A DNA stretch of 59,652 nt, from NCBI GenBank assembly GCA_036398235.1, contig DASWHI010000140.1:1-59652 (forward strand), given 5' to 3'. Both the position numbers and the translations under genes were made by a program. Under the pieces are notes generated by a model. It searched no databases. It was not told the origin of the DNA and worked only from the letters and a program-made list of their open reading frames with translations. Positions 55,552 to 59,652 of the stretch are shown piece by piece. Each line of letters begins with the position of its first letter. The first letter of the stretch is position 1. The DNA comes from Burkholderiales bacterium. Lineage in GTDB: Bacteria > Pseudomonadota > Gammaproteobacteria > Burkholderiales > SG8-41.

Positions 55552-56793
55552 TTATCGGTTCTGTCCCGGCTCCGGTGACGCGCCCGGCGCCGCCGCCGTC
55601 GTCGGCAGACCGGTCTCCGCGGTGAACAGCTCGCGCAGCGTCTTGCGCCACTCGGCGTACTGCGCGTCGACCGAGCCCGAAAGCTTGAGGGTGCGGCCTT
55701 CGACCTCGTCGAGGACCGGGGCGACATCGGCCTTGAACGACACGCCGAGCTCCTTCAGCGCCGCTTCGTGGACCCTCGCGTCGTTCGCGAACTGTCCGCT
55801 CGAGCGGATGAGCTCGTATCCGCCGATGATCAGCACGTTTGCGGCCGCCGCGCCCCCGCCCGAATTGCTATTGGAGCCGACCACGGCAGCGCCGACAATC
55901 GCCGCGGCACCGAGAATGCGCCGCTCCCAGGTCTTGCGCTCCAGCTCGCGCTTCTGGTTCAGTTCCTGCAGGTAGGACCGGCGCCATTGGCCGTAGGGCT
56001 GCCGCATGTCGTCATAGAGGTTCGCGTAATAGTTGTTCACGGTGTCGATGAACATGTTCTCCCGGGCGCGGATCCGGTTGACGCGCTCGAACATGGGGTC
56101 GCTGTCGGCAGGCAGCCGGTTGACCGTGAATACTCCTTCTCCATTCTGGACCAGGTAGGATGCGAAGGCGTAGGGAACCAGGCTCCGCGCGAACTTGAGC
56201 TGCGCGACCGGCCGGATCGCGGCGATTTCCTTCTCGCTCAACTGCTGGCGGAAGGCCAGCATGTCGTTCGCGACCTGGTTGTAGAGATCCTGGTAGGGAT
56301 CGCGGTCCAGTTTCTTGTCCAGCGCTTCGTAGCTCTTCTCCGTGACTGCCGCTGTGTACTCGTTGTGGAACCACTCGCGGCCGGTAGCATCCACGACCTT
56401 GACCTCGACCCTCAGCCTCTCGCCGTTCGACTCGAGCAGCTTGCCCGAGACGTTGACGTCCACTTCCTCGGCGCGCGCGGGAACGACGCGCACCGCGCCC
56501 CATTGGCCCGTTTGCTGCAGCGTCTTCTTGAGGTGGAACGGAATGAACCGGGCCTCGGCTTCGAGGATCTTGGGATCCGTCTTCTGTTCCCGCGCCGCCT
56601 CGGCGCTGATCTCGGCCGTCTCGAATACCTGAATGCCCACGTCGAGCAGGGCCGCGTCGGCCAGCGCCCGATCGGCGTGAATCGCTTCCGTCGGTTCTAC
56701 GGTGTACTTGACGGGCCCGCTCGCGCAGCCGGAAATGCCGGCTGCCGCGAGCGCCGCGGCGAGCCACCGGAATCCGCGCCGCGCCGCGCTCAC
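55552..56793 (-). CDS. Lipoprotein of unknown function with Gly-rich C-proximal hydrophobic segment
   Basis: GTG start overlapping the upstream TGA. Lipobox LAAAGISGC. Segment ILGAAAIVGAAVVGSNSNSGGGAAAANVLIIGGY. Confidence 0.6.
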   Translation of the reverse strand: MSAARRGFRWLAAALAAAGISGCASGPVKYTVEPTEAIHADRALADAALLDVGIQVFETAEISAEAAREQKTDPKILEAEARFIPFHLKKTLQQTGQWGAVRVVPARAEEVDVNVSGKLLESNGERLRVEVKVVDATGREWFHNEYTAAVTEKSYEALDKKLDRDPYQDLYNQVANDMLAFRQQLSEKEIAAIRPVAQLKFARSLVPYAFASYLVQNGEGVFTVNRLPADSDPMFERVNRIRARENMFIDTVNNYYANLYDDMRQPYGQWRRSYLQELNQKRELERKTWERRILGAAAIVGAAVVGSNSNSGGGAAAANVLIIGGYELIRSSGQFANDARVHEAALKELGVSFKADVAPVLDEVEGRTLKLSGSVDAQYAEWRKTLRELFTAETGLPTTAAAPGASPEPGQNR

Positions 56794-57698
56794 CCTTTGG
56801 TGCCCTGTTTGTACCTGCGGTACTCGTCCCACAGCTTTGCCCTCAGCTCCGGATCGGGTTCCGATTCGGCGAGCTTGCGAATCTGACGCGCGACGACGTC
56901 ATCGTCGGATCCGTCGCCCACATCGGGGGGCCTTGCCGCCGTGGCGCCCGTGGATCCGGGAGTGCCGCCTTCGATCCGGCCGCCCGGAGAACCCGGCTCG
57001 CCGGCCGATCCCTGCGTGGTCCCGCTGCCGCTGCCTGAGCGAGCCACATCAGGGGCCTTCGACCCGGCGCCGCCTCCCTTGGTCCGCCCCTCGGCTGCGG
57101 TGCTCCCGCCGGACCCTCCCGGGGATCCCGCCCCGCCGCTGGCTCCCCGCGTCCGGGCGCGGCGCGCCTCCTCGAGGAGAAGCTGGTCGAAATCCGCGAG
57201 GGAAACGCCCAGCCTGGTTTCGAGTGCCGCCACTTCTTCCGCCTGGGTGGCCGCGGGCGGTGCCTTGCCGTCCCCCGGCATTGCCTGCGGCGCGCTCCCA
57301 GACGCGGAATCTACCGCCTGGGAGAGATTCCGGACCCGCTCGCGGTTCGAAGCCACCATGTCCCGCACGCGCGCGACGTATTCGTCGAGGCGCTGGCGCT
57401 GCTCGGGTCCCGTCGCAGGATCCGAGCGTGCGACCTCCGCACGCTCGGTCACCCGTGCCAGCACCTGCTCGCTGATGGCGAGATCGTGACGCGCTTGGGC
57501 AAGCTCGCTTCGCGGATCGGCATGCGCCGGTGTTGCCAGGATCGCCAGCCATAGCAGTGTCCCGGCCACGTACCCCGCCGCCCGCCCCGGGCGCCCACGT
57601 TCGTGACAAAAGCCGCGACCGCCGCGCCGGCTTTGGCCGGTGGCTTGGCGAGCGCGGGTGCTGAATCGTGCCCCGTCAAATAACCTCTTGATGTGCAT
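56790..57698 (-). CDS. Secreted coiled-coil / Gly-Ser-rich protein with acidic C-terminal helix
   Basis: ATG at 57698 chosen (the longest ORF begins at a TTG at 57794). Hydrophobic LLWLAILATPAHA followed by DP. C-terminus DDDVVARQIRKLAESEPDPELRAKLWDEYRRYKQG. Start uncertain. Confidence 0.5.
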   Translation of the reverse strand: MHIKRLFDGARFSTRARQATGQSRRGGRGFCHERGRPGRAAGYVAGTLLWLAILATPAHADPRSELAQARHDLAISEQVLARVTERAEVARSDPATGPEQRQRLDEYVARVRDMVASNRERVRNLSQAVDSASGSAPQAMPGDGKAPPAATQAEEVAALETRLGVSLADFDQLLLEEARRARTRGASGGAGSPGGSGGSTAAEGRTKGGGAGSKAPDVARSGSGSGTTQGSAGEPGSPGGRIEGGTPGSTGATAARPPDVGDGSDDDVVARQIRKLAESEPDPELRAKLWDEYRRYKQGTKG

Positions 57699-57889
57699 GA
57701 CTATTTGCCCGGCTCTTGCAAGAAGCCGCGCCTGCCGGCTACCGCCTGTGTCCACGCAGAATGGTATTCGCGTGCCGGACAAAATCAAGGGCAAAAAAAA
57801 CCCCGCTTCCCGGCACGCGAATGTCCCGCCAGAGGGAAGACAAGGTTTCCGCGCGGAGATTCACGTCAGCCGCCGGTAAAATTCAGTTC

Positions 57890-59652
57890 ATGAAGATCCT
57901 CAAGTACGCATTGCTCGCCGTCGCGGGTCTCGTGATCGTGGCCGGCGCCATCCTCGCCTACATCGCCGCGACCTTCGATCCCAACCAGTACAAGCCGAGA
58001 ATCGTGCAGGCGGTGAAGGAGCGGACCCAGCGCACCCTCAGGCTCGAAGGCGACATCGGGCTCTCGTTCTGGCCCAGCATCGGCGCGAAGATCGGCAAGG
58101 TTTCGCTGTCCGAGCGCGGGAGCGAGCGGGAATTCGCGGCCGTGGACGAGCTGCGCGTCTCGCTGAAGCTGCTGCCGCTGCTGTCGAGACAGGCCGTCGT
58201 GGACACCGTGCGGGTGAGGGGGCTGCGCGCAAATCTCGTGAAGGCAAGGGATGGCCGCCTCAACGTGGACGATCTTGCCGGGGCGCCCGCCGCAAAGGCG
58301 GCGCCGGCCCCGAAAGACGCGGTGCAGGACTTCAAAGTGGATGTCGCGGGCCTGGACCTCGAGAACGCGACGATCGCCTACTCCGACGAGGCGGCGGGAA
58401 CGAAGGTGACGCTTTCGAAGGTGAATCTCAAAACCGCACGGATCGCGCCGGGGGTCCCGGGCCGCATCGAGCTTTCGTTCAACGTGCAGGGCGACAAGCC
58501 GAAGCTCGACTTACAGGCCGCGCTGAAAACGCGGCTCACCTTCAATCCCGGGCAGCGGTCCGTGGCGTTGGAGGACCTTGCGCTGGAGGCGAAGGGAGCG
58601 GCGGCGGAGTTCAAGAACCTTGCATTCAAGGCGACGGGCGGGGCGACCATCGACGGGGCCAAGGAGCGCGCGCAGGCGCAGCTCGCGGGCAAGTTTGCCG
58701 ACAGCAGCTTCAAGGCGCGCCTCGGTGTCGAAGGGTTTGCGGCGCCGGCGATTCGCTTCGACGTGGAGGTAGACCAGCTCGACGTGGATCGCTACCTTGC
58801 AGGCGCGCCGGCCGGGGGGAAGCAGAAGCCGGCGGCGGGCGCGCCGGAGCAGCGCTTCGACCTGTCCGGTCTGCGCGCGCTGCGCGCCGACGGCGCGCTC
58901 AAGATCGGCGCGCTCAAGGCGAACAACGTCAAGGGCACCAACGTCCAGCTCGCGGTCAAGGCGAACGGCGGGCGGGTCGTTCTCGACCCGGTCACGGCGG
59001 ATTTCTACCAGGGGAAGCTCGCGAGCGCGATCACCATCAATGCCGCGCCGGAGACGCCGACGTTTGCCGTGCGGCACCGCTTCAGCGGCATCAGCATCGG
59101 GCCGCTCGTCAAGGATCTCGCCGACAGCGACATCATCGAGGGCAGGGGCGACGTCACGGCCGATGTCACGTCGCAAGGCAATACCGTGAGCGCGCTCAAG
59201 AAGGCGCTCGCCGGCAGCGCCGCGCTCAAGCTCGCCGACGGCGCGCTGAAAGGCATCGATATCGCGGGCTCGATCCGGAGCGCCAAGGCAAGGCTCGGCA
59301 CCCTCCGCGGCGAGCAGACGCAGGCGGCCGACAGCAAGGCGCGGACGGATTTTTCCGAGCTCACCGCGACGTTCCGGATCGCGAACGGCGTCGCGCGCAA
59401 CAACGACCTGGACATCAAGTCGCCGCTGCTGCGCGTGGGCGGCGAGGGGGAGATCAACATCGGCGCGGACAGCCTCAACTACCTCGTCAAGGCTTCCATC
59501 GTCGGCACCACCAAGGGGCAGGGCGGGCGCGACGTCGAGGAACTGCGGGGCGTGACGGTCCCGGTGCGCATTTCCGGTCCGCTCGCGGCGCCGTCCTACA
59601 AGCTCGACTTCGGCAGGGCGGCGACCGATGCCGCGAAGCAGCGGCTGACCGA
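57890..59652 (+). CDS. AsmA-family outer-membrane biogenesis protein (3'-truncated by window edge)
   Basis: Own translation: MKILKYALLAVAGLVIVAGAILAYIAATFDPNQYKPRIVQAVKERTQRTLRLEGDIGLSFWPSIG... is a typical AsmA N-terminus. Open to the window end. Confidence 0.75.
   Translation, partial: MKILKYALLAVAGLVIVAGAILAYIAATFDPNQYKPRIVQAVKERTQRTLRLEGDIGLSFWPSIGAKIGKVSLSERGSEREFAAVDELRVSLKLLPLLSRQAVVDTVRVRGLRANLVKARDGRLNVDDLAGAPAAKAAPAPKDAVQDFKVDVAGLDLENATIAYSDEAAGTKVTLSKVNLKTARIAPGVPGRIELSFNVQGDKPKLDLQAALKTRLTFNPGQRSVALEDLALEAKGAAAEFKNLAFKATGGATIDGAKERAQAQLAGKFADSSFKARLGVEGFAAPAIRFDVEVDQLDVDRYLAGAPAGGKQKPAAGAPEQRFDLSGLRALRADGALKIGALKANNVKGTNVQLAVKANGGRVVLDPVTADFYQGKLASAITINAAPETPTFAVRHRFSGISIGPLVKDLADSDIIEGRGDVTADVTSQGNTVSALKKALAGSAALKLADGALKGIDIAGSIRSAKARLGTLRGEQTQAADSKARTDFSELTATFRIANGVARNNDLDIKSPLLRVGGEGEINIGADSLNYLVKASIVGTTKGQGGRDVEELRGVTVPVRISGPLAAPSYKLDFGRAATDAAKQRLT

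Noticed and set aside
56790-57794. Using the full 334-aa ORF as the first gene of the operon.
   Set aside because: The longest ORF starts at a TTG inside the A8 / inverted-repeat region. The ATG at 57698 is more plausible, though still without a strong RBS, so the start remains uncertain.
57787-57812. Terminator, suggested by similarity of gggcaaaaaaaaccccgcttc to the left half of the cspA terminator.
   Set aside because: There is no complementary right arm followed by a T-run on the plus strand. On the minus strand the T-run would precede the operon rather than follow a gene.
48578-57880. Calling the whole region from tRNA-Gly to asmA a bounded genomic island carrying the novel operon.
   Set aside because: The only direct repeat of the tRNA 3' end lies about 195 bp from the tRNA, before the operon. 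There is no second repeat near 57.8 kb and no integrase, and by eye the operon's composition resembles the flanks. I report only a hotspot or scar.

Overview
GC-rich chromosomal segment. Gene order (gmk-rpoZ-spoT, rph-rdgB-hemW, trmB-thiG-thiS, several Bug/TctC binding proteins) suggests a betaproteobacterium, but this was not checked against any database. About 60 genes are supported. They include housekeeping and stress genes (infA, cspA, spoT, rpoZ, gmk, yicC, rph, rdgB, hemW, trmB, thiGS, tRNA-Gly-CCC). They also include transport and metabolism genes: 2 Bug SBPs, 2 MFS, a NitT/TauT-type ABC system, a tandem form-II CoxL-like molybdo-hydroxylase cluster, metC and a CoA-ester cluster. A QseE/GlrK-QseG-GlrR-like sigma54 two-component module is also present. 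The main candidate for an undescribed system is an eight-gene, translationally coupled minus-strand operon (48869-57698) next to tRNA-Gly. It encodes a MotA/ExbB-type proton-channel protein and a mini TonB-like Pro-rich anchor. It also encodes two paralogous proteins whose N-terminal ExbD/TolR-like TM helix (conserved Asp) is fused to a coiled coil and a VWA domain, and a TM protein with 5 PEGA repeats and a cysteine-less FGE-sulfatase domain. A TPR protein, a lipoprotein and a secreted low-complexity protein complete it. Other points of interest: a type III PKS + two methyltransferase cassette bracketed by 29-bp direct repeats derived from the coxS 3' end; a family of ~105-bp MITE-like elements; a textbook UAS-IHF-sigma54 promoter downstream of the GlrR-like regulator; triplication of the tRNA-Gly 3' end; dispersed G/C-rich palindromes; and heptanucleotide tandem repeats. 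All calls rest on reading the translations and the DNA by eye. No searches or computations were run.
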